Positions 30,370 through 41,870 of a stretch of DNA of 64,000 nucleotides are shown piece after piece. A program made the translations under genes and the position numbers. The DNA comes from Lingula anatina (lineage: Eukaryota; Animalia; Brachiopoda), in contig CM120643.1 of NCBI GenBank assembly GCA_051362555.1, forward strand, positions 26,230,848-26,294,847. Reading direction: 5' to 3'. Position 1 is the first letter of the stretch, and each line of letters begins with the position of its first letter. The notes beneath the pieces are model-generated. The model worked only from the letters and a program-made list of their open reading frames with translations. It had not been told where the DNA came from and made no database searches.

Positions 30370-31480
30370 GTTGCAAAAATAAAATCAGTAACAGAATATA
30401 GTATATGCTTTGCAGTACAAATGCACAGATAGTCTATCTTCATTCAATTACATCAACAAGAGGTATCCCAAAAAATTAACAAAATTAAGACGCATTTAAC
30501 AAAATTACTTATGCAATGATGTAAGATAACATTTCATTACAGTTGTCATAGACAATCATCTCAAAGACAGTTACACAAAACTTTCAATGATAATAAATTG
30601 CTTCATATATCAACTAATATCAATTTATTACCTTTCGAGTCTAGTTCGAATCTGATAAAGCAATTTGATGTTCTTCTGTCACATTGATAAAAATTCATAA
30701 TTGGTAATTATTGCAGTAGGAGATGATATTTAGAGCAATCAGTTATCATATCTGCAGGCCAGAGGAAGATTATGATAAAATAAGATCTAGTCAAACTTGT
30801 AATGTAAAATCCAAAACTGACACTTGAGCGTCTGTCCATCTGCAAAAAGGTTCACCTTGAATGGCAGTTACTGAAAATGAACGCTAAGAAATTATACAGG
30901 GAGATTAAACGCGCGCCTTATTTTTTAGAATTTTTACTTCTATTTTTTTCACTCTCTTTGGGATATTCAATGCACTGATACGGTCAGATAAACACTGACG
31001 TATTAATTCTTCAGCGTTTCAGTACATTTAATTAACGGTCCGATATCCACGCCTCTTCAACCATGTGTGCTATTTACGTCACGAAAATCGATACGTGACT
31101 TTTGAACAATAAAGATGGAACCTTGTTGCGTAAGCTGTGGAGACCAGAATGTAACCAAAGTTTCGACAAGCATAACAGTGGCATCGATTAGGCAATGAAC
31201 GCCATAGACACCATTAATTGCTGTTTGAGTTGGTTATGCAATCGCAGACTTAATCCAGGGTCTCATTTGGAAACGCGGGAAAGTGTCCGTGAAATGGGGA
31301 GAAACCCCGGATTTGGCTTCGAAAATGATCTTTCATTTTCACAATCGTCTTTTGTCAGAATTAAATGCCTATTATTTCATAATCATATAAGTTGCAATTA
31401 ATGCAATCTTCCCGACGGTGAAGGTGTTTGGTATTCAACAGGTTTTCAACCGAGACAAGGCAAGAGCACATACTGATACA

Positions 31481-31530
<50 letters not shown>
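31481..31530. repeat. (AAT)n microsatellite
   Basis: Perfect trinucleotide run, seen directly. Confidence 0.95.
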
Positions 31531-31532
<2 letters not shown>

Positions 31533-31889
31533 TGATGAAATTTAATTTTGAAAATAATAAAAGGTAGAGATAAAGCACCAACGCTTGATCTATGTACCAA
31601 AGTTTTCATGGGACAAATCTGTGGAAATCATGCTTTGCTCATTATTTGATAATCTGAAAATCTCAAGAATAAATGTTTAGAAAAATTAACATTTTCAAGT
31701 ATTAGTGGAGTTATGTACTTGGTTGAGATTACTGTTTATGATTCTTCATCACATTCTTGTAAAAGCATGAACAATACAATTTGAAAGGGAAATTCAATTT
31801 TTAGCGTATTACCAAGTTTCCCTTTTTTGTAGTAAAATTCGACTAATAATTATCAAACGTTTGTCTTTTCAGTTCACTTGGAGGGATTC

Positions 31890-31998
31890 GTGACGTCAGC
31901 CAGGTGTTGTTACGTCAGGATGATGACGTCGATGACCACGTGCTGCCCAGAGGAATTTTGACAGGTGCCTGCCAGACAGCGAGCTAACCATGAGTCAT
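31890..31998. promoter_or_regulatory. Dense bZIP/bHLH site cluster, candidate enhancer
   Basis: TGACGTCA (31891), TTACGTCA (31910), TGACGTCG (31924), CACGTG (31937), CAGGTG x2 (31901, 31962) and AP-1 TGAGTCA (31991) within ~110 bp of a GC-richer island in AT-rich DNA. Confidence 0.5.
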
Positions 31999-34900
31999 CG
32001 GACGTTAATTAAAGTGAATGAGAAAAATGTTACGTGTTCCAGGTCTTATTTCAACAGAGTAAAAAGAAACGAACACGGTCAAGCAACAGCGATTTATATG
32101 GACTGTTTTCCCATTTTTTCTTAATTTATATAAAAATCTATTTAATCAAAATAAAAAAGTATTAGTAGAATCATTGCTTAAAGAGACAAATGTTTTATTT
32201 ATTAATCTATTTATTCAATTTGATTGAATATAATTTTAAAAAACGAAAAAAAGGTTGGATTCTTTTTTGTCTGACTTTTGTTACATATACATAACTGGCT
32301 TAGAGATACTAGTATTAAGAATGTATGAATATTTTACATATATATTTTTTTTTTGCTATATTGAGAAAAATATATTTTTATATTGGAGCACTTGCCAATA
32401 GGGAAACTGAAATTGAGTCATTAAAAACAAATAATATTGTGTACTTTCGCATTTCGCGTTATTTGTCTTATTCATGCGTGCACGTGTTGTTTTGATATTC
32501 AATATATTCTGAGAAATCAAAAATAACTGATTTTTACAATTTTTTATCCAGAAAATCCCTTCTAAGCAAAAAAAACTATAATTTGTCAACCAGTGAGTCT
32601 ATTTTATCTCTACCTCACTATGACAAGCGTATTCAAGCAGATTGTTTTTATCATCAGGGCGTTTTATTCATATTTTGAACTGTTGACTTATCTTGGTTCT
32701 ATTTAGCTGTCAGTGTAATAAACCACTAACTAACACCTGGCGGCGAGAGAGAAAGCAGAGAAAAAACTCTAAAATAACCCGAGCCGTTTTATTAAATTAT
32801 TTCCATGTCTGAAAGGCAATGCCCACTGGAATAACCGACTCGGTTCTTGATTGTTTCTTGTTATTTTACGTTTCCTCTATTTACATAACTCAGCTATCTC
32901 TCGCTGAACTCTGCAATACCCACACTTAGAGACAACGCCGGTTGAAAAACACCAAGAAAATTTTACCTCGCCTCGCGTGCGGGGCGCTCTCACCTGCGAA
33001 AACTCACGTGTGCTGGGGGAAGGCTCTCGAACAACACGCGAAATCATTGACACCTTTTCTTGTGTTTGTTGAATAAATAATTAATTTTGAATCTTTAGGC
33101 GTTCGGTTTGCATTGACCCACCTTCCTTCATTAAGTTAATGACATAGGGTGGTCTAAACTATTGGGTTGGCACGGCATGGGGGCAATGAAGATAATGTGA
33201 TTTGGCAACAGGGCGAAGGTGAGGAACGCCTGACAGTTGTTGGTATCTCTGATAGCCGATATCGGCAATGTGAACACAAGACACACGTGGAATATCGTCC
33301 AAAATCAACACGTTTTTTTTTTACAGCTGTATTTTGGTTTGAGAACATCACTGGAAAGAAATGGAGCAGGAATTGAGTAAATTAAAAATTGCTTTTATTA
33401 GATAAACCATGCTTTTTACAGTATTAATGCAAAAATTTTAAATGATGTATACCATGTGTATGTTTTTTATCATGTTTTATATTGTTTAATTTCTTTGTAT
33501 TGTTGAACATTATTTGCATGCATAAACATAGGATTTTATTTCATAATTATAATTTTTTTCAAATAAAGTTTTAAAATTCTGAATAATGAGTTAGAGGTAG
33601 TAATATCCGAAAGTGAGAGATGCGTGTAAATAATTCATACTGCAAAGCGCTCTCGATATGCATTGTTGATTTGGCTCTGCATTTTCTAAATTAATTATTT
33701 TTTCAAAGATCCGCCAGGATTTGCCAACAGCCCGTGACTGCTCATTAGACCTTGCACTTCCATTTCTCTAATCCCAGTCGATAATATAAGTGGCACGAAT
33801 TGATACTAAGTGCTCGTGGGTCAGTTGCATAAAATGAAAATAATGATTTACCCTAAAAGGCGTGTATTGGCAAAGATCAGGCGCTGATCCCTGATCGTTT
33901 TTAAGCTCTTTTCTATCGATCCTGGTTAGAATTTATGGGAGGTGTAATCGACCGGGCACGTCAATTTCATGAAATCAACAAGGTGGATTTCCCTGTCCTC
34001 GTGCATTTCACCCATCAAACACCTGTAACCATTGTTAATATGCCAATAATCAAAAAATCTGGCAGGTGCGCCTTCTGGGCCCAAACAATACCCGCAACCC
34101 CCAGCCGCAAGTCTTTCGGATCGAACCTGTGATATCTTTGTGTCCTTAAGCTTAATAGTCTTAATCAATAATATTTAATTCGTGATCGAAATGTTTTCTA
34201 AACCATCATTACGGTTTGTTTACCCGTATTCCCCAACGCTTAACCTTGCCCATACAGACATCTGCGGTAATACGCAACCTGTATTTAGTGTGGAGAAAAG
34301 CGTCGGGACATCAGTTAAAATTTGTGTAAATGTTGCACAATTAAAAACTGTAATAGACGGGAAAGGAGCTTCTAAAAGGAAATAAAAGGTTGCATTTAGT
34401 TGGTATTCAGCAAAGCAATGGGAAATATGCTGTGTTTGTTTTCTCTGTACTTCATAAAAGTCACGTCTCCACGATGGTGTGTTTCTTCTCTCACAATGGC
34501 CAGGTTCGACCATCTTTGCTCAGTGTCAGCGTTAAAAGTTATCGAGTGTTTGAAAAACTTGACGGTTTTGTCTGCACAATGCCTCAATGTCCCCGAGGTG
34601 CCTTTTTTAATTTTGCAGTCTTATTTAATTCAATAAAAGAACTGAACTATTTTGGCAGGAACGGAAGAGAGAAAAGTGGTGTTCATTTACTTCGACCCAC
34701 CGCAGTCTATACGGCGTTATTGTAATCCAGTTCTCTCACCTTTTCGAATCGTCTGTAAAAAGAATGGCGGAAACCGAGGCGAAAATACAAACATGCAGGA
34801 GAATGGCTAAGACTTTTCTTAGCTACCATTGTGCACGCGTATTACAAAAAGCAAATAGCGAGATAGTTTTAATTGTCGTATAATGGGGAATAATGTAGTT

Positions 34901-37900
34901 TGATGTTGAATCATACCAAATAACCCATTCAAGTAAAGGAACGAGCAACAGTATTGTGAGCGCGTTAGTGGAGATATTGTGCGCGTGAAACCAAGCGCGC
35001 GCACAGGTGCAGGGGGCTCAAATTTTGCCAACTGGGGGTGGAGAAAGGCAGTAATTAAAAGAGAGGCTTAAATATTTGTGGTAATATTAATGTGCATTTA
35101 GTTGGCAAAAATGACAAGGGTGTCAATTTTCGCAGCTTTCAGCGCAACGAAAACCGCCCGAACTAAATTTTAGACGGCATTTTGTTCCCCGAAAGACGCA
35201 CTGCGGTTCTCTCAAGCAATCAATTCGGTTCAGGGCGCATGAAAAAAATACGTGAATACCCTGGAATAATTACTCTATGGATATCTTACGGCTATTTTAT
35301 AGGGTCGATTTTCTTGAGCTGAAAAAAAAATTGATTCACATAATGCCCCATAACCATATTCATGCAAGTCTTTCCCTTTATAAAGAGTTTTGCTTTTGCT
35401 TTTCTTTGACATTTTTCCTGCTGGACGATTTTCTAACCGTGCATAGGCGTATCCGAATTATTTCCCCATATTTTTCATTCCATTTTAATTTTTGTCTATC
35501 CAATCGTAAGTTCTGTTTTCAAAATTTTATAGTTGTTTTGCTAATAATCATTTTCAAAAAAATGAAAAAGCTTTTCTTCTTTCTGGAATCGGGATAGGTA
35601 TAATAGGTTATGGTCACCGCAATATTGGACATAGGTCAATGGTCTCAGGGCAGATGGACACACATGTTCTACTTACGGACAGCAATGAAAAATTAAAAAC
35701 AATCCTCATCATCGTTACAGCGACGTCTAGCGGAGGTTTAAATGTCAATCTGAGCGTCTTTGTTTTCTTTCCCTAATGTAATCGACGTCAGACTTACGAC
35801 ATTTATACCATATTTGTTTATTTTTATTACTCTTTAACAGTAAACATGCATACATACATACTGCAGTTGTGTCATTGCGAAACATTTATGATAATTTCTT
35901 TTATTTCTTTTCCCATATCTCTCTAAGGGGGTTCTGAGATAGCACCATAAAACTAGTGGTGTGTAAACATTGGACTGCTTTAGTTTTGCCAAAGGTCACG
36001 GTGACAAGAAATTAATTATTTACCAAATTATAATTATACAAATCGAAACTATTCGAACGGTTAAAAAAGTTCAAATCAGAGATAATGACGAACTGCGACT
36101 TTGACATATACGTTAATGAATATCTTTATCTAAATGTCTTCAAATGAGTCAATGAGTGATCTTTCTAATCAGCATTGGGAGCAAATACAATAAACCAACA
36201 AAAGATCCGTCACTTACGATCAAAATCCATCCCAATGCTGAAAGACGGAAATATATTTGACAAAGGAAAATATATACATTTTTCTAAGATTTTTCCCACT
36301 GCTTGCTGCAGTACTCTGCAGACCTCACATGGGACGAAGGGAAATTCGGTGCATTTGCCGAACATGTAGTTTACGTAATCGCTGGACCCCGGCGAGTGCG
36401 CGAAGAATCGCGCGCTGTGAGCAGTAATTGTGTGCGAGGAACACGCTGTTTTCACATAAGGAAAGAATGAAGAATGATATAACCAGGGAAGGCAAGGGGG
36501 GATCGCCCGCAGGAGAGTTGGGAACATTAATTTTTAACGGAGTAACAACGTGGCGTCTCCTAAGTCGCGACAGTGGGGCCTACTTAACAACCGTATCCCT
36601 ATCCGCGCGGTTCCTATAATCGAAAATCATAATTGAGGAGTCGATATATCGAAATGTGCAGTTTTGTTTGATAAGTTGTTGTATTGGTATTACTATTTGA
36701 ATACTAATTTGTGTAAAGAAGCCTTGGGCAGACAAAATATATAGTTTTGGTAAATACTTTCAGAGGGCATTAGAAGGATATGTATTTAGACATACATAAG
36801 TCATGTAGATAAGAAAAGTAAAAGTTACGAAAAAAAAAAAGAACCGAAAATTATTATTAAAAAAAAAAGATAATTGAAAAGGTGTCAATGGCAAATGGGA
36901 GGAAACGCACATTGGAAGAGCTTATGAATTAAGAACCGACTTGTCTCGCTATAAATAGTAGAAAATTCAATACACATCTTGGAAAAGGTCTATTTTATCA
37001 AAACAATGTCTTGACACTATGGCAGCACTAACAATGCCGTGATTGTCTAGGTATTTTATTTTTTGTCTGAGTTTTTAAAAAGACACCCGCTCATCGATAG
37101 ACGGCAAACCCTGCGTCTTTATGCAAGATCCCGATGAAAACGGTCTATTAATTACGTCGCAAAGGTAAAAACTCATCCCAGAGAACAAACGATGAAATAA
37201 CGCCGCTTTACCGCGCCGGAGAACGCCTCGAGGTAGCGACTTTCCCCTTTCAGGGTTCAGCCCATATAAACGACGTGAGATCCATACTTCTCACATTAAT
37301 TATAACAGAACAATGGCAACTCTCAGTCGTATTGGATTTTTAGGTCCAGAAACAGATGAGATGCGAAATCCCGTAACCTGGCAAATATACGCTTCATCAT
37401 GCAGTGGTAATTACAATAGGCTCGGCTTTACGGATTTGTAATTTTTTTAAAGGCTTTGATGTCTGGTTCTGTCATAATAGCTCAAAATCAATAGACCTTT
37501 GAATAATAATGTTAATATGAATGCCTGGGTTACAATGAATTGAATAAAATAGTACGAGAGCTGGCAGGACGTAAAAAGACATTTATGTTATCATGTTCAG
37601 CCCTATTCTGTTGTTTTTTAGGGCGTTTTCATACCAAAATATATTATCCCGAGAGTATTTTAGCTGAATCGGAACCTGTGTTTGGAAGCAAACAGTTTAT
37701 ATATCGCTATAGTATATTGTGCTCAGTACACCTCTCGTGTGTATGTATGTGCATATATGCATTTTGCGTGCACGTGTTTGTGTTTGAAACCGATATTTAG
37801 ATAACAAAATTAGTAATGAGAAGGCTTTAAAAAATCTCATAATAAACATCTTGTTACTTGTATTTATTATCATAAAAAGTCATATTTTTCCTTAAAGCAG

Positions 37901-38808
37901 CCTGCACTGAGCCTCCAAGGAATGTTACATTAACTTTTTACTGATCTTAAATACGTAATTTTGCTAGGTGTAATCGTAAAGACACTAACGTCATTGCCCA
38001 ATACATTAGTACCATGCTGCGCCTTGGAATATTCATGTGTATTGTATAGCCTCTCAGAGAAGTTGGCTTTTGTGCTTTTCATTAAAATCATATGACCTTT
38101 CAATTTTTGTTGAGAAACCCTTGTTTTATTCAATAAACACGTATCGGTATGAAATGAAATGGAAAATTGCTCAAAACATATTTCCCCATTTAATCAAAAG
38201 CATTTAAAGGCAAAGTGAAAATCCCCTCATATCAAAATTTTAATCTATTTTTCAAAATAAATCTGTATTAAAATTAGACCAATCTTTTATGACGTCACGC
38301 CTCTTTCTATAATCTTATTTCCTAAAGTCGAAAAAATAACTGTAATTTGTTGAAATACTTCACAATCTTCTAGATAAATTCTTCGGTGAATGTAGTGCCT
38401 CATTGAAATTAATTAAATAAAACTGACAATTTTATAAGGAATAAAAACATAGAGCCGCTAGGGGAATTAAGTTTGGGACATTAATGCATGTACTGTAGGC
38501 CCATCTGTCATTTGAATGATGTTTACACAATAATTGGCAAAGCATTTTAAACGCAGCTTGTGTATGAAGAATATCCTCAAAGGAACGCTAAATGTTCATA
38601 AAACCAGTGTACTTATACAACACACATGAAACACAAGCAATATCACAATCACTAGCACTGACGATAACGCTGATTACATGATTGTGTTTCAGCAAGGAGC
38701 AAAAAAAAAACGAGTCTTCATTGCGACAGTTGCGCACGCCTCTCTGGTTGTGATTGCGACGAGTATAACGAAAAATTGTCCTCTCTCTTTCTCTTTCTCG
38801 CTCTCTCA

Positions 38809-39016
38809 CAGGGTCGGATCCAAGATTATTTGAAGAGGGGTCCGGGTTTTAGGAATGACACGGTGCGGATGACAAGTCGACCCACTTGGCGTGGGGTTCG
38901 AGGCCCGTCGAAGGGCGACCGGTGCCATTTGGTACGTTTTAGAACTATGATTCAGCTAGTCAAAATTGTAATTTCAAGAATTGACCATTGGTGTTGACCC
39001 CCCTTAATCCGCCATT
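38809..39016 (+). mobile_element. Short non-autonomous DNA element (MITE-like), degenerate copy
   Basis: Ends CAGGGTCGGATCCA...TAATCCGCCATT resemble the termini of the adjacent element. Shares internal blocks (TCGAGGCCCG..GAAGGG; TTGGTACG..TT..GAACT.TGATTCAGCT) with 39138-39305. Embedded in a CT microsatellite. Confidence 0.55.
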
Positions 39017-39033
39017 TTCTCTCTGTCTCTCTC

Positions 39034-39090
<57 letters not shown>

Positions 39091-39137
39091 ACAAGCCCGT
39101 AACCTTAGAGGGGGGGGGGAAGGCCTACAATATACAA

Positions 39138-40019
39138 CAGTGGCGGATTCAGAATTTTTTGAAGGTGGGTCCGCGCGGATGCGAAGTCGACCCTCCCCCC
39201 CCCCCTTGGCACAGGGTCGAGGGCCCGCTGAAGGGACCGGAAAATTGGTATTTTAGAGGGCGAACGGTGGCACTTGGTACGGTTTCGAACTGTGATTCAG
39301 CTTTTTTTATGAAAGGGTAACGTGACATGCATGACATACCGTGTAAGGTATTGACTTAGTTCAATTCTGATCTGTTGTAAAAGACAGAGATCATGACCAT
39401 CCCTGCCCAAGTATAATTTAAAAGACTAAAAGAAATATAATTGACGACGCAGACTTTATGATAATGACGAGCAATAAGTTTTGTCAAAATCGATCACTAA
39501 TTCTAAGCTATACCGGATTTTTTGCAAAAGGTAATTTGCTCGGACACACGAGAGCCTGCCGTCATTTTCGATTGCATGGCCAGCTCGTTGACGTGGCGAG
39601 CTGACATGCGCCATCTGGGATTTGAGCTCGTGAATTGACGTAACCATGGTGTGCTGATGGCTTAGAAATTTTGCATCCAAACACGTTACCGACTGCGCCG
39701 TGTAAGAACCGCCCGCCCTCCTTACTGACGAGTTTCATCTTATAGTAATCAAACGAAATTTTTAGAAATTCTTTCGACCCAAAAAACAAACATTACATGG
39801 ACAACCCTAGGACTTGAACCGTGCACATTTGTCCATTTATATCGAAGATGGCGATGTTACCACCGACCCACGGTAACTCAGCTGTTCGGACGGGGATCAG
39901 ATTAAACATTTTTACTCCCTCACAGAGAGAGCCAGTAAAAGAGGAATATTAATGTTATTTTTTCAGAAACCGAAAAGGGGTCTAAAGGACCCCTTGACCC
40001 CCCTCTAAATCCGCCACTC
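39138..40019 (+). mobile_element. MITE-like element with terminal inverted repeats and 5-bp TSD, carrying a nested insertion
   Basis: TIRs CAGTGGCGGATTCAG ... CTAAATCCGCCACTC; flanking direct repeat TACAA at 39133-39137 and 40020-40024; no transposase ORF. Confidence 0.65.
39806..39875 (-). mobile_element. tRNA-derived SINE head nested in the MITE
   Basis: On the - strand: A-box-like TGGGTCGGTGG (39870-39860) and B-box GGTTCAAGTCC (39820-39810) at Pol III type-2 spacing; no complete cloverleaf. The body probably extends toward ~39330-39450. Confidence 0.45.
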
Positions 40020-41064
40020 TACAACAATTTTCAAGCTGATTGTTCGTAGTTAGTACCGGGTACGTGCCACTTATTAAGATGCTGACTGAAGAAAACGCAA
40101 GGGCCTAATGGACTGGCAGAAATGAAAGACTAACATTTTACTGAGATCCTAAAACATATTTTTAAAAATTCTCTTAGGGACGTGGACAACTGCCAGCGAT
40201 GTCCAGCAGACGATACATTTTTTTATGAAGAGGGAACAAAGGACTTACGGTAAAATGTCGCATTTGCTTGTATTTTTCAAAAAGTGCTCCAGTAAAGGGA
40301 AAAGTAGTTAACGAATTTTGTAAAAAATGAAATGCAATAAAAACATTGACATTTTTGTCTTTCTATTAAGTTTTGAAAATAACGTTTGCATGTTTACAGA
40401 CAAGAATGGGATTGTTTTGTAGACTCCATCGATTAAGAAAATAATAGAAGTATCAATAATTGACTTTGAAATGGAATGTAACGGTTTACAAATCGTATAC
40501 CTATTTTGTGAAATGAACTCGTCGCTCGAAAAGTATTCAATGCAGGTGCAGAGCTGTGTCAGTTATTGTCGGCACCCTAAAATAATGGCGGTGAATAGTG
40601 GATTATTTCTCCATTATTTCTCATTTGTCATTCAGGATGCACTGCTATTTGATTTACAGGGTTGCAGGGGGCGTTGTCCTATAGAGTATGGGTTCTGGTT
40701 ACTTACTTGCAGGTTACTTCTGAATTTTGAAAATTCCTCTACTTAAAGTTAGGTTGATTTTGAGGGATGCCTTTTTGTCTCTAGTATATAAGCCGTAAAG
40801 CACTTGTCTATGACAGGAACGATTGGAGGTAGGCGAAGAACCTGAATGTCTCAGCTACCGCAATTAGGAAAATTTCGAAATGGACATTGTTGTTTTATAC
40901 TGGTTCGTAAACTGAGAAATATGCTTTGGGAAGGGTTGGACGGCCTACAACACTTGCGAGCAATTTTTTTCTGCCGGTGGATTGAAGGAAAGTAAGACTA
41001 CTGAAGCAATGAGAGAGGGGGAAATGTTAATACTTTGAAAAGATGAACTGCATCGTATAGAGCG

Positions 41065-41065
<1 letters not shown>

Positions 41066-41112
<47 letters not shown>

Positions 41113-41197
41113 AAGCAGGCAGGCTCACTCACACAAATAGACACACACACACACACACATAAATACAACCGAACGTGTGCGTGCATGCACATTGACG

Positions 41198-41242
<45 letters not shown>
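41066..41242. repeat. Compound (CA)n microsatellite
   Basis: Three CA runs, seen directly. Confidence 0.95.
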
Positions 41243-41245
<3 letters not shown>

Positions 41246-41870
41246 ACCGCCGTTGGCCTAGGGTTTTCTTTCCGTATGTAAAAAAAGGAGTGATATATTT
41301 GTTATTTAGAAATTTGTATACAAATCCAATTTGTCTTCTAAATATTTTTTAATAAAATATTTATCTCCATGAAACAATTTATAAAGTACATAATGAATAT
41401 CAACGACATTTCGCAACATTTAGGAAACAAACAACTTTAATTCCAACGCAATTACATTCATTGGCATAACAATAACTCGCTGTTTAAAGCATCACCTTCG
41501 ATATAAATGTACTGATGTCTGTCTGAATTTTGGCTACGAAACCCTCTCCTCCCACTGTGAATATTAAAAAGTAAACATACACCTACAAGGCCACATTGCT
41601 TAAGAGGACAACTTATGTAAATTCAAAATGTAAATGCAAAGTTATAATGTCTTTTTTTCCCGATATTTGAATTCTCGCTTGTCCAAACATTTGCCCTAGG
41701 AATGATATCTGAATAGAAAAAATAAAGTTTGCTCATTAGGAGGTCATCAAATAATTCCTAACGGCGAGTTCAAAGGTGCTTCTTTTTACCGTCTAATATT
41801 TGTGTTTATGAGTTTCCATTTTGGTTCTGGAATGTTTCTACGAAAATATCCCTCATGATAAAAAAAGTCT

